This document shows positions 13,101 through 25,545 of a DNA stretch of 52,651 bases, piece after piece. A model generated the notes under the pieces. The model did no database searches and had not been told where the DNA came from. It saw only the letters and a program-made list of their open reading frames with translations. The position numbers and the translations under genes are program-made. How positions within the stretch are numbered: position 1 is the first letter of the stretch; each line of letters opens with the position of its first letter. Source of the stretch: Trichosphaerium sp. ATCC 40318 (taxonomy: Eukaryota > Protista > Tubulinea); NCBI GenBank assembly GCA_038496445.1, contig JALMLS010000375.1, positions 1 through 52,651 on the forward strand, written 5' to 3'.

Positions 13101-16044
13101 GCTCACCCTTGGTTTAATTTTTGGATAGGTCTTGTATCCAAGCTCACAAAGTTTGTCAAGAGTGATATTGTATCTAAGGGGTCATTCAACCGACCTGATG
13201 AAGGCAAGTCGGTTATTTTTATCTTTTTTTATGCTGTGTTGTGCTCACAATCTACACCATAGTGAGTCTGTCTGTTGAACTTCTACCAGGACAATATGTC
13301 TTACTACCTTGCACTTTTGACCCTAAGCACCCAGCTAAATATACAATGCATACTTTCAGTAATGAGCAATTCAACATTCGCGCTCTTGGTAAAGCTGACG
13401 AGATTACGCTTAAAGTATGTTTGGCCACATTTTATGGTTTCTTAAATTCTTTCTAGGGAGAATGGAAAGGAGAGACAGCTGCTGGTTGTATTACATCCCC
13501 AGCCACCTTGTGCGTTAAACAATCAAACTAAAGGACTTATGTTGTGTAGCCGTAATAACACTCAATATCTCTTGCATGTCAAGGAAGAGATTGAGCTTGA
13601 TATTCGTTTAAGACAACCTGATGAACAAAAGAGTAAAGTGTCAATTGGTCAATACGTTTTCAAAGGAAAAGGTATACTTGCCTGTTTAAACTAGCCCTGT
13701 TGCTAAGTTAAGTATTAGGTAAACGCAAGTTCATCTTTAAAAAGAGCGCTAGAGTTGCCAAGTCTGGCTTTGGTAAAGTTCGTGATGGTAAGGGTTTTTA
13801 CAATACAAAGAAGTTATGTCAACATTAATGAAACTACACAGCTATGATAACAAAGACATTCGAACCTGGCCACTATGTCATTGTGCCTTGCACATATCGC
13901 GGTATGTGAAAAAAAGCTTCTGTTGACTGAATAGTTAATCTAAGTATTATTTAGTTGGTAAAGAGGGAGAGTATGATTTGTCCCTGTTTTCTCAGGATCC
14001 AAAATTCAAAGACAAGGTCACGTTGGTGTCTGAGAGTGATGATGACTTCTCTCGATTTGTATTCGATAGCGAATGGAAGGGTATGTAGAACCGTTTGTTA
14101 ATTATTGTTGTGCTAATTTCTTGTCAAGCCATATCCGCTGGAGGTTGTTTGAATCATGCCTCTTGGAGAAACAATCCACAGTATCAAATCAAAGTCGAAA
14201 AAGACAAATCCTTGGTTTACATGCTTCTTACTCAACCTGAAACAGAAGACCATTTCCCTTACAGCATGGGTTTCTACGTTGTAGCTGCACCAGGCAAGTA
14301 ATAATAAGCTTAAAAATATGTGTTATTGATGGTAGTGGTTAGGCGATGGTGGTAGAACTGTAGATGATATTAATCCAAAAGAAATTGTGACAAAAGCAAA
14401 GTTCAGCAAAAAGAACGAGAGTAAGCACTTATGCATTCAAAAGTTGTTTCTAAACAATCTTTTTCAGTTGTTGTTGAATGGGAAGCTGAGCCAGGAACGT
14501 ACAATGTCATTCCTTGCACCTTTGAACCAAAGAAAGAGACTATCTTCCAATTCAAGATATTCTCAGATGACATTGCAGGCACTACAGTAAAGAACCTGGA
14601 TGCTAAGCGTATTAGCTTTGATGTACGTCCAATGGTCAAAGGCAAGTAACTAACCAAGTTGATATAGGGCGAGTGGAACGCTTCTAATGCTGGTGGTTGT
14701 CCTAATGATCAAGGTGCAGCAAGGTGGCTCACTAACCCACGTTACTTCTTGTCTGTGAAGCAACCTGTGCAAATTGCAATGGTTTTGGAGCAATCGCCAG
14801 AGAAAGACGTACCTGAGGAAGATTTGCTTGCTGTTGGTTTCTATGTCACTAGAGCTGATAGTACGATATAATTCTTAAATTATTAAGGTCGTAATAATTG
14901 TATAGGTGATGGTACACCTCTGACACGTGGTCTTGATGATCTTATTGCCAAAGCCGATTTTGAAAAGATGAACAATGGTGAGAGTTTTTATTTTTCACAT
15001 GTATGTTAACAATTGCCTAGTAAGCGCTGTATTTGAGTTACAGCCAAGCGAGGATGGAACACCGTATGTGGTCGTACCATCTACATTCTTCGCGGATAGG
15101 GAAGCTAGCTTCAAGCTATCGCTCATTACAAACCCTGAAGTGCGTGTCAATTCATATATTGTTAAAACTGTTCAATGTAAAATACTCACAGTTGGCTAGA
15201 ATGCGGACTACATTGAGTTCTCCACTCAACCAATTGGTATGGACGTCCACGAATACCAACGTAAGATGCAAGAAGGGGTATTCCAAAACTACCTCCAAAG
15301 AAGAGCTGATAGAGCAGCGGATGAAATCATTCAACTCGTAGAAGCTGCAGTCAGCATGGTATTGCTTTTTTTTTATACCTCTTTATTGTAGTTTAAAGGA
15401 ATACTCATTATACTATGTACATAGGGTATCTCAAGTTTAACACCAACAGCCACAGAGCTCAGAAAGAACTTGAGAAAGTTGCAAATGGAACTAGCGACTG
15501 TGAAGATTTCGATTGCACCGCTTGATGATGACGATCTAGAGCTGTTAGCTGGTGGAGGTACTTTTCGCTATTTATTTAGTTGAATTTTATTGCTCACTTC
15601 TTTTAGCGCCTGCGCCACCACCACCGCCTCCTATTGGCGGAAAGCAAGTTGCAAAGGTAGATACAGATGAATTGATGCTTGGTAAAGCTATTCTTAGGTA
15701 AGATAGTGCCAAAGTTTGCTATTGTTTTGCTTATTGTTTCAATCTTTAGAAAAGTGGATGCTACTGAACGGTTACCTCCAAAGCGTGATCCAACATCAGA
15801 GATGATGGCCCTAATTTCCAAGGGAAAGATCAAGTTGAAGCCTGCCAAAGAGCGTGTACTTGCCGAGAAAAAAGAGGATCCAAAAGAAAAAGAATCATTT
15901 TTCAATGTTGCCAAAATTATGGCAAGAAGAAAAGTACGTAACTTTAACGTAGCACATTGTCCTTATGGGTTCTAGGCAATCGAGATGGATCAAGAAGATG
16001 ACGATGATGACGATTGGAGTGATGACGATGATGACTGGGAATAA
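10160..16044 (+). CDS. Seven calpain domain-III (C2L) repeats + coiled coil + WW + poly-Pro + C-terminal WH2-central-acidic (WCA) module
   Basis: Seven GEW..(T/S)AGGC.N....NPQY / Y.(V/L)(M/V)PCTF units starting ~10240, 10866, 12320, 12913, 13457, 14070 and 14668. WW: [27 protein letters not shown]. Then [39 protein letters not shown] and [16 protein letters not shown]. About 30 introns spliced in frame by eye. Confidence 0.85.
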
Positions 16045-16710
16045 CTATTTGCTAGAGACCAAAAGTAAAGCTTTTCTGTGCCAAATATTTATGCTTCCTG
16101 ATTGTACTGTGATGAAGATGTACAGTAAGTGCTCCTTGGTTGTCTAAAATAAAGTTTAAAAGTCTAAACGAACTACTCACACAGTTGTGTTTTAAAAGGC
16201 CACTCCCGATTTGTAAGGATACACTGAATGATACCTTGCAAATTGCATGAGGCTAACTTTGTCACAAACAATCTTCTTTCTGTTGTTTACAATGAGTTCA
16301 AACAAGATACAAAGGTCATCACACAATACGTCCGGCGATGAAAGCATCGGCAAGACCTAGAAATATTGTGAGCTGGAACAGCCTACAATAACCTGTGTGG
16401 GTGATAGTACCTAGAGCAGAACGCCAACACATCTTGGAGTAAAACTGTGGATCGGGAAAAATAAGGTTTTAGCGGTTATTTCGGGTAACTTTTAAACATT
16501 TGATGGCATCCAGGAAGACCAAACAAACCCTAATTAGCAGGAGAATACCCAAACGGCTCTTACATTGGCCATTTTACATCAAAACGTTTTTGTTTGTTCA
16601 TCCTACCGATTTGGATTTACAAAACGGGAAGGTGGCTATAATAAAGGCTAAAGTTTCCTTTAACTGCACCTTGGCTAGCGCAAGAACCTGGCAAATTTCC
16701 AGGTGCAATC

Positions 16711-19011
16711 ATGACACTTGTTTGGATATGTAGTACGCCTAACATTTTCTGAACGCAGTTTAATTGAGATTTATGCAGTGTGTGCACTAGTCGCCTTATC
16801 ATATCAATCACGGCTTGATTTTGGTCCCGTTACATTTAATCCACAGTTTGCGAGCAAAGAAGGAGTTGTGGGTGTTGCATGGGTACAAGGTAATGTATCT
16901 GGCAGTAGAACTCTTCAATTTACACATGACAAAGCGTAAGTGGCTATATTCAACATGACAGAGTTTTAATTTGTTTTAGACAATTCCCTGTAGTGCTGTT
17001 TAGCGAAGCCGATGTAGGACCAAGATTAGAAGATCCTACGCCTGAATTGAGCGTGTTTGACAATAGATGGGTTATTAACTACGCAATTTCGGACTCAATG
17101 GGTAACACTCGCGTTTTAGTTGCACGGTACGTTTTGAGCGGACAATGGAGATCTCCAAGTTAACTTTATTTAAAGTTCTCCTACAAACAATGTAGGAGAA
17201 TGGGAAACAATAGACATTACGCCAGTGTTGCCGTATACATCAAAGATATATACATTTAAAACATTTGGGGACGAAACTGTAATAACAGTTCAAAACGAAA
17301 CACAATACAGAGTGGCTATCCTCACTCAGGACGCAGTGACGTTTGAATATAGTGAAAAACATCCAGTGATAGTACCATAGTACGATACAGTTTAGTCATT
17401 CGTTAACAGATCTGCTTTGCTTTTGTTTTGTTGTCTAAATGAATTCCTTTGTAGCGATGCATTTCTTATAGAAGTTTCCGATTCTAAGATAGCGTTGTTG
17501 TGTATAAAAGAAAAAAGCAACAATGATGTACCATCTGCCCTATTTATAAAGGATTTCGGAGTGGATAGCATGTGGACTCAAAGTGAAGCGCCGGATGGGT
17601 ACAAAACTAACAATCGATTATATGCAATGATAGTAAGGTAACCTCATTCCAGACAACCTCGTCTGTGCTTTCTTGTGAAACAAATCAGTCATCTAACACT
17701 GTGCAAAACAGGCCAATGTATGTTCTAATCGCTCACATTTGGGATATTGAAGTAGGGCCTAAAAATATAGAGCTAGTGCAAGTCTAATTAAAGCTTGTTG
17801 CTTTGTGTTTACCTATTTGTAGATTCTGGCGATATGATATGCTAACTGAAACAAGCACAAGCTTATCAACGTCTTTTACAGCTCATCCTAATGGTATTTA
17901 TTACGACCCAGCACTAACTTATCACAATGGAACAATTTACTTAATGACGCACAAAAAGTAAGGCTACATTGTCCAAAATGACAAGTTTTGATTGACTTGT
18001 AATAGAACTAAAGGGCAAGAAATACGACATCTTTACCTTGCTACAACTACAGACAACGGAGATACTTGGTTGGGACCAGATGCACTACCTAATCCTGAAA
18101 ACATAATATCAAGGAGAAGCAGATATATTATACCAAGCGGAGATGAGTTGTTGTACATTTCAAAAGGAGACATGAGTTACTACTTCCAAACAGAATATCA
18201 AACAGATACAACTACCTTAACTTTACCGGGTATTAACTTCGAACCTGAACCAACTGCATCCCCTACCACGAATACCCCTACAACAATGAGTCCTACAACA
18301 GTTGCACCAGTATTTCAACAGTGCGCGAATTGTTTACTAAGAAATACTAACAATTGACACTAGTGAATGTAATGTACCTTTGTCTGTTGGTGAATGCAGA
18401 GATGGCGTATGGTTTATAAACAAAAGTGTTATTTTCCCAGCAGACGCTGTATTACCTGGAACTATCATTGTAAATGGTTAGTTAGTAGTAATGGTAAAGT
18501 GGTTTATTTATAACTATTTTAGGTACTCTGTTCGGTGATGCGTTCGAAGGCGATGAGACTACAAATATTACTGTATTGGGGTGCATCGAATCTGATGATG
18601 TTAGCATAGACCTCTTTGTAAACAAATCAAGCTTGCCTGAGGGAACAACAGAGATCACATTGCTATCTTGGGAGCACTATTGTAGCACACCACGTTTTAA
18701 CGTTGATATCTCAGGTTCTAGATGTATTAAACAAGAAACAAGACGCACGTGATTAATGCAAGTACTCTGAAAACTCTAACACTCCATTAGTATCTTCCCT
18801 TATTATTGTTTTTGGCACTGAAACATCCTGTGTGCTCAGTTTAGAGGGGGATAAGGACATTTCAACAACTACTATTATATGGGCTTCAGTTGTTGGTGGT
18901 ACTCTTCTCATTGTATTTTTAGTAGTCGTCATTGTTGTGTCTGTGAAACCTGCTTGTATATTCCCATTTGCAAAACCTCCGAATAGAGTTTATGCCCAAC
19001 ACAATGCGTAA
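16711..19011 (+). CDS. Type I membrane protein A: Asp-box (BNR) propeller-like ectodomain, PT linker, Cys-rich domain, TM helix
   Basis: Spliced signal peptide MTLVWICMCALVALSYQS; Asp-box TTDNGDTW; PTASPTTNTPTT linker; TM IIWASVVGGTLLIVFLVVVIVV; tail KPACIFPFAKPP...HNA*. Confidence 0.75.
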
Positions 19012-19121
19012 ATAAAAAATGCACTGTTAATCCACATAACAAAGGTCAATCTGAGATCCCAACAACATGTCCATTGTTAGTCTAATATGTGCGGCTTTTT
19101 TATTTTTACAATGCATTTTGG

Positions 19122-21588
19122 TCATTCGTATGGTTGGGCTATGCGAGCTGACAGTGGCCTTTTTGGTGGCTTCGAATAAGGGAAAATACATTCTGGTCGT
19201 ACAACGACAAGTATGACGCCAACGATAACAATGACAAGCACTATAAGTCCTACACCAATCAGTGTAAGAATTTAATAAACAAAACAAGCGACTTACCAAC
19301 AACAGCAATCCAGACAATATGGGCACTATTTCCGATCCCACTGTCTTTGTCTTCACACTCATCTCCATAAGAAAATACTGCAACGAGAGAAGAACCTTGA
19401 CATTCAACAGTAAGTACAACATTCAGAAACAATGAACAATATAAAGTACCCTCAATCATTGACTTATCACAATTTGCCGAAATGAACTTGACGCTTAGGT
19501 CAGGTACATCACAATTTGATCTCCATGTCAAGAGCTTCTTGTTGCGGTTGTCGAGAGTATCTGTCATGTTTGCAAATACGACCACATTTATTGTATTTGG
19601 TGATAAAATACAACCATATGTTGTTATATTGGATTGTTCATCAAGAATAAGTCTTGGTGTAAAAATATTTCCTAAGAATCAACGTAAGTAAAGCTGTTAC
19701 AACGGTTTCCAACGTGTACAATACATACCTGTTACTATTATATTACCAGATAGTATCCTGTCAGCGGGCAACGTACTGTTACCTTCTAATACCCATGTAC
19801 TGCCTATACAAGTAGCTCCATTAAGAGCAAGGGAATTGCAAGAACTTGTATTGGGAGATGTTGTCACATAAGTTGGCACATAGGTTGGTACAACTGCAGG
19901 TGCATCGGTTGGCGGTACATCTGTAGGTGCATATGTTGGCGTAGCTGTTGTTGGTGTATCCGTTGTTGTCCCGTTTGCAGTTCTCTGCATGGTTGGTGCG
20001 GTCACTATTGTAGGTTGTTCGTATGGTGGAAGACTGGTCATCGGAGGAGGTCCTTCAAGTTCATCTATTTGGATGGTATTTGACAGTATTGTTAAGGTGA
20101 CATTACTATCGTCACCAGCGGCCAAGTATATTATATCATCTCCATATAAACCAACGCCGTAAGAACGCATGTCCGTGGCTGATAGCACCAAGCTATCACC
20201 CCATGTATTGCCCAGATCTGTGGAATTACACGTACGAAGTAATCGTACATTTGAGCTGATTCTGAAAAACAACCAATTAGTACGATGATATTTTGTTATG
20301 ACGTGCTTTTCGTGGTATAGCAATATAACTTTATTGTTAATATATGCCAATCTAGGATTAAAGTAGGAGTGCCCAAGTGGTGGTACTAGCTCGTTTTGTA
20401 TTGCTACATCTGTATTGCCTGTTAAGTTATGTCTCCAGAATCTATCCAAAAAAAAAAGTGAGATAAATCAAACGAAAAACGAAACTTGATGTCTTTTAAC
20501 AACTTACGCTATTATGGCCAGTGCCTCATGGTTAAACCCTATCAATAGTACATCATCTCTTCATATTTTGTGAGTGGGTATTATTTTACAAATGATTTGT
20601 AACGTACATGATTACCAAGTCAAACAAGCGATTAAAAGTGTAACCCACAAATGGAGTTAAAAATGTTGACCATTCACTGACGTTTGTTCCGAGTTTTCGT
20701 GTTTCCAGACGTGCTGTAAACGTGCCCTTTGAATGCACCAACACAATGACAGTATCATTTGTAGCATAAAATAAGACCGATGGTCTACAATTGAAAAGGG
20801 TTAGCATGAACCACGGAAATTAAGAAAAAAGCAAAAAAATGTTGTTACTAAATTGAGTCATTCGTACTCCACTCCTGTTGAATAACTTAATATTTCCTTG
20901 TCTGTGTAAGTTCCACTATCTTCTTGTATATGATTCACGCTTGTTGTCGTATCATCGTGAAAACCAACGAATGTCTCATTACCAAATGTTTTTATGCTTC
21001 TAGGCTCTTGATTGTAGCTTGTTTGTGTAAGTTTCACTGTTGACCATATTTCGCCGTCTGCAGACCTAAAAAAAGCAAAAAAGTTGAGAATTTCACGAAT
21101 ATCCTAAAAGACGTACTTTGCCAAATATACGTCGTATACGCCAATTGATTCTATGGCGTAGTTTATAACCCATTCGCCACCGTATGAGCATAGTGATAGA
21201 TATTTAATTGTATCGGGCGCAGTATTGTTGTACAGTATTAACGTAGCACTAGAATTGGCGTTTAGCAATGATTCAAGAGCAATACAAATCATTTTAACAA
21301 CCAAAACGCTAGATAAAACTACAACAACTCCAATTCGCGTTAAAACCGTTGCTCACCTGTTTGTAGCTCCAAATTTCACAAACGAGCCATTATTTGTACT
21401 TTGTACCCAAGCCAAGCCAAATTCTCCATTTAAAGTAGCGTACAAAGGGCGCATTGTGAGATTTCCTGAAATAGTGTATTCGTTTGCATACGTGAACGAA
21501 ATAGCAACTTTCGGCGTGTTAGGAAACAAAACAGATGGGAATATCACTACGTACGTAATATTATCAATGTGAGGTGTATTGCCCACAT
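19122..21588 (-). CDS. Type I membrane protein B, paralog of A
   Basis: Spliced signal peptide MWAIHLTLIILLAISFTYA; motifs shared with A (G.AWVQ, WVINYAI, FWR); Asp-boxes SADGEIW and STDLGNTW; PT linker; TM; tail RPECIFPYSKPP...PYE*. Confidence 0.75.
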
Positions 21589-21975
21589 GCTATTCTCGTA
21601 GCTTTACACCAAATTTGACTGAGGCAGCTTTTTAGTTGTTTTCGTATTTTCGGACAACAATAACCATCTTATCCCCAAATTAAATTTCAATGGTTATTAA
21701 GGCGTCTTGTTTGGTGTAAAAACTCTTATAATGTACACACTGGGTTTCGATTCAAAGTTGTTTTTGCAGAAAAAGTCAAAAAGCTCCGGTGCGTTGTTTA
21801 CTATGCAAAGTTAATTGCTTTGTAGTCTACAGTTGTGGTTAATACTTGAAGGCGGGAAATATATTTTACGTGCCTAATGATGTACCATCACAGCTACATA
21901 ATTCTTGTGTTGCTGATTAAAAGAACAGCTAGTTTGCTGTGTTTGTTAAGTACACTTTTATTTTTTGTTGTTACA

Positions 21976-24055
21976 TTATATTGCTTCACATACTTCGGAT
22001 GGTATGCACCTATGTAAATTGTTTCCTTCTTGATATCTACAAGTACCTAAATAATGCATTAGCTAACCAAAACACTCCTGTTAAAAAAAACGACATCAAG
22101 ATTCTATCCAAAAAAAGGTACCAAGATAGGGAGGTTGCCAATCATTACAAACACACGTCTCTGCATCGTCACATGATACATTTGCACCTCCTGTAAAAAA
22201 CATACTTGCACTAGGAGAGTTTTGGGCATTTGCCTGTAACGTCACAGATCCTTCGTGGCCAAAAAGTATAACTGCACACTGTAACAACTTGTCAACTTTG
22301 TGAACAAACTACATCGACTTACATAAGAAGTACCGCATTCACATTTGTAGTTTCTTGTCGGAGGACTACAAGATTGAGTCTGCGAAACGAGCCAGTAACA
22401 CCTACATGTTCTATCTGTACTTGCATTACATCTTAAACAGAGTTAAGCACAGATATTCAGACCAGCAACAACCGCACCTGCATACATCTGTATTTGTTGT
22501 ACTGTTGTATGTGATTATACCTTCAACGCATCCTGTAATAACACACTCATTCAGTGGTGGATCAGAAGTTGGCTCTAATGTTGGAGCTTGAGTGATAACG
22601 TCACTAGGAGCTTCTGTTGACGGCGGAGATGTTGTGGGTGCTTGTGTAGGGGTTTCTGTAGTAGGAATCAATGTTGGTACAGGCGTTGGAGCTTCAGTAG
22701 TAGGGGGTGCTGTCATAGGTGATTCTGTAGTAGGAGATGCTGTTACTGGTGGTGTTGTTACAGGTACCAGTGTGGTTGGAGGTGCTGTCGCAGGTGCCAG
22801 TGTTGTCGGTGGTGCTGTCATAGGTGATTCTGTAGTAGGAGATGCTGTTACTGGCGGTAATGTTACAGGTACCAGTGTAGTTGGAGGTGACGTTATAGGA
22901 GGTGTAGTTACAGGTACCAGTGTTGTGGGCGATAATGTAGTAGGTGTAGATGGAGGAAAATCTACAAGTTGTATAGAATACAGTCTAGCCCAAAACTTTC
23001 CAGTTATATACACTATATCTGTTGCAGAATTATATGCTATTCCATTGAGTACATCTTGACTTGGGTTAAGGATACGTGCGGCATTGGTCAGAGGAGTAAG
23101 ATCGAGTCTGCCTGGTATAAAAGTTAGGTACAGATACATGGGTAGTATTGTATTTAGTACCAATGACTGTGCCATCAGCAGGATCGATAATGACGATAAT
23201 GTTCGTCAACCAAACGTTTGCAAAAATGTACCCGTAGATGTATTCTAACTCATTTAATCTCATTACTTCCGCTCCATCCTCCCTTACAGTTATCGTCCGT
23301 ATTTCTCCAAACGTTGTGGCATTAACAAAACGAATCAGGCTAGTACCATCGCTTATAATTAACACAGAACTAGTTCATGTGTTACCACGTGGTAAAGGCA
23401 TAACTGGTATAAAATAAAATAACAAACCCGTCGTTGGTGATTCCCCAGCCCTAGTTGATGTCAGGAATATTTACTTCAACATTAGATACCTCATGAGTGT
23501 AGCTCCACGAGCCAGTCAGATTGAATTGAGTGTCCCATATCAAACCGATTTGATCTTGCCATGTCAATTGCAATAGCCGCCCTTCAAACAAATCCAAACC
23601 TGTAAAGAGTTGTAAGTAATAACACGTGAAATTCTAAATTGTTTATTATTGCCTTCAGCGAAATAATCGTTTCCTGTGACAACTTCAACGGAGCGAAAAT
23701 CAAGTACTACCGACGCATCATCTCCACGTAGTCTGCGAATTTGTGATCGACCCCCAGTTAGCCCTGTAGATTCATAAAAAATCTTAAAACAGACCACAAG
23801 TCAATATTTCTGATTTCCACGCATGTATTGTGACGTTACCTGTTCTGATAGAACGTACAAAAGCCCTTGAGTAAAAGCTGTTGTATCGTGAGGTATTTCT
23901 CCAACAGAGGTCCAAAGAATGGTAGGCGCTTTAGCTGGTTAATATAGTACCGTTTGGTAAAACGTGATAAGGTTATTAGCAATTTATTTACCTGTATTAG
24001 CTGCTACAATAAACAACAACGCTATTCCTGTAATATAGGCTGTGTAGCCTTTCAT
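21976..24055 (-). CDS. Secreted glutaminyl-peptide cyclotransferase (plant/bacterial type I QC) + mucin-like PT stalk + Cys-rich C-terminus
   Basis: Signal peptide MKGYTAYITGIALLFIVAA; hallmark motifs PHDTTAFTQGL, YESTG, YFAEG, QLTW, EGWGIT, SDGTS, LNELEYI, ANVW, VLNGIAY, ITGKFW. The 3' end is approximate. Confidence 0.88.
22600..22960 (-). repeat. Pro/Thr-rich coding repeats (e.g. PVTASPTTESPMTAPPTT x2, PPTTLVPVT)
   Basis: Visible in ORF 22426..23175. Confidence 0.85.
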
Positions 24056-24647
24056 GTGTTAAAGGTTAAGGTAAATCAATTTACGCCGGAGATTTAAGGT
24101 AGTCTTTGGCTTTCAGTTTGAAAAATTGTGCAATTACATGTCACGCGATGAGCACGGTGTTGAGGCTTTAGTAGCACCTTTTAGGTCAATTATTATAAGG
24201 GAGTCAGGCTTACGCCAAAGCCGGTCAAGACCTTGACTCCTTGGTGTTCACCTATCACCTTGTGAAACGATGTGACTATACACCAATGGCGGTTCTAGTT
24301 CAAGGGCAATGATATACGGTCCCAACAGCAACAGATTTCAGCGAGTCTATAAACCACTGTTTTAAGTTAGAAAGGACCGTTGGAAGCTCCTTTGCTATTC
24401 CTCACGTATCTAGAATTAGTACAAAAGAATCAACAGTAGTCAGGCCCAGATAAACAACCCAATTTGGCTTGCATTACAACATATGTTGTGTTGTTATTTC
24501 AATTTAGGGAACTCCAAACTGTAAATCTGACCTTATGCAGTTACTATGATTGTTTATTTATGTACAATAAAATCACGGCGAGTACCAAGATCCATGAAAC
24601 TCATTGTAATTGTTGAAATAAGTACTGGTATGCTTTAGCAATAGGTT

Positions 24648-24900
24648 TCAAGCATGCAAAGCACAGCCACCTTCAATAACGGAACATTCATCAAGGATAT
24701 AAGCATCATAACCCAGAAATATTTTTTCTTCTTTTTTACAGGTGTTCTCAAGTGTGAGTTTGAACGTTACTGTATCGCCTTTACGAATCTCTGTCTTATC
24801 AGACGTCAACTCTTTTATGATGCAAGGAACAATTCTTATTTTGTACTTTTCTTTCCACGTGGTGGCATTGAGATTGTTCAAAATTGCATTTTTTGTTTCA
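24648..24900 (-). pseudogene. Gene fragment with DUF11/Ig-like strand motif
   Basis: KELTSDKTEIRKGDTVTFKLTLENT resembles the DUF11 pattern; I found no intact start or upstream exon. Confidence 0.3.
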
Positions 24901-25104
24901 ATTCAAAATGTAATTATCTCTTGTACACTTTACAAAAATTAGGTGACAAGAACAGACTTGGAAACTCAACAATAGCATTCGTACTCGCTATATAAGCACA
25001 ATCTAAAACTACTCGTAGCTAACAGGGGCCCGATAATCACAGGAAAAGGATTGTGTAATCTTGACTAATTTGAAGAATACAAAAAGAATACAAGTTGAAT
25101 CAAT

Positions 25105-25545
25105 TTATTTCTTATCATTACATGTCCCTATCCTTTTCACGAGTGTCTTACTACCCACATACATTTTGAATACTTTGCTTCAGCGAATGCAAGAGAAGGT
25201 CCTATTGGATCTTTTCCTTTGACATGCATGGCCATATACTTTTCATTAACTTTATCATTTCCTCCATTCTCCATCGCTTGTTTATGCTCTTCTTTAAAGA
25301 GATCTAAGCGTAAGTGCCTCACCTGGCTTATGTGTACGCCAAGGCAACGGTGATGTCCAGCGCATTGTAAACATATAAGTATGCCAAGTGAAACTGAAGC
25401 CCAGGTTGGAGCTTTTACAATGTTATTAACAGTGTTTGAACGGTTTCGTACATTTTGCTGTACAGTCTGCACATGTTTTATTTCCAGGTAGCTCCAGCAT
25501 TCGTTTTAAACGGTCTGGTTGCCATTGGGTACGGTTATTTGCCAT
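25105..25545 (-). CDS. Stand-alone ArfGAP domain protein
   Basis: Spliced [63 protein letters not shown] gives an intact CX2CX16CX2CX4R, followed by GGNDKVN and EAKY. Confidence 0.88.

Noticed and set aside
10160-16044. Calling this gene a calpain protease
   Set aside because: No CysPc catalytic domain (QGxLGDCW) is present; only domain-III repeats.
22592-23059. 155-aa Gly/Val-rich + strand ORF
   Set aside because: It is the antisense shadow of the QC mucin linker.
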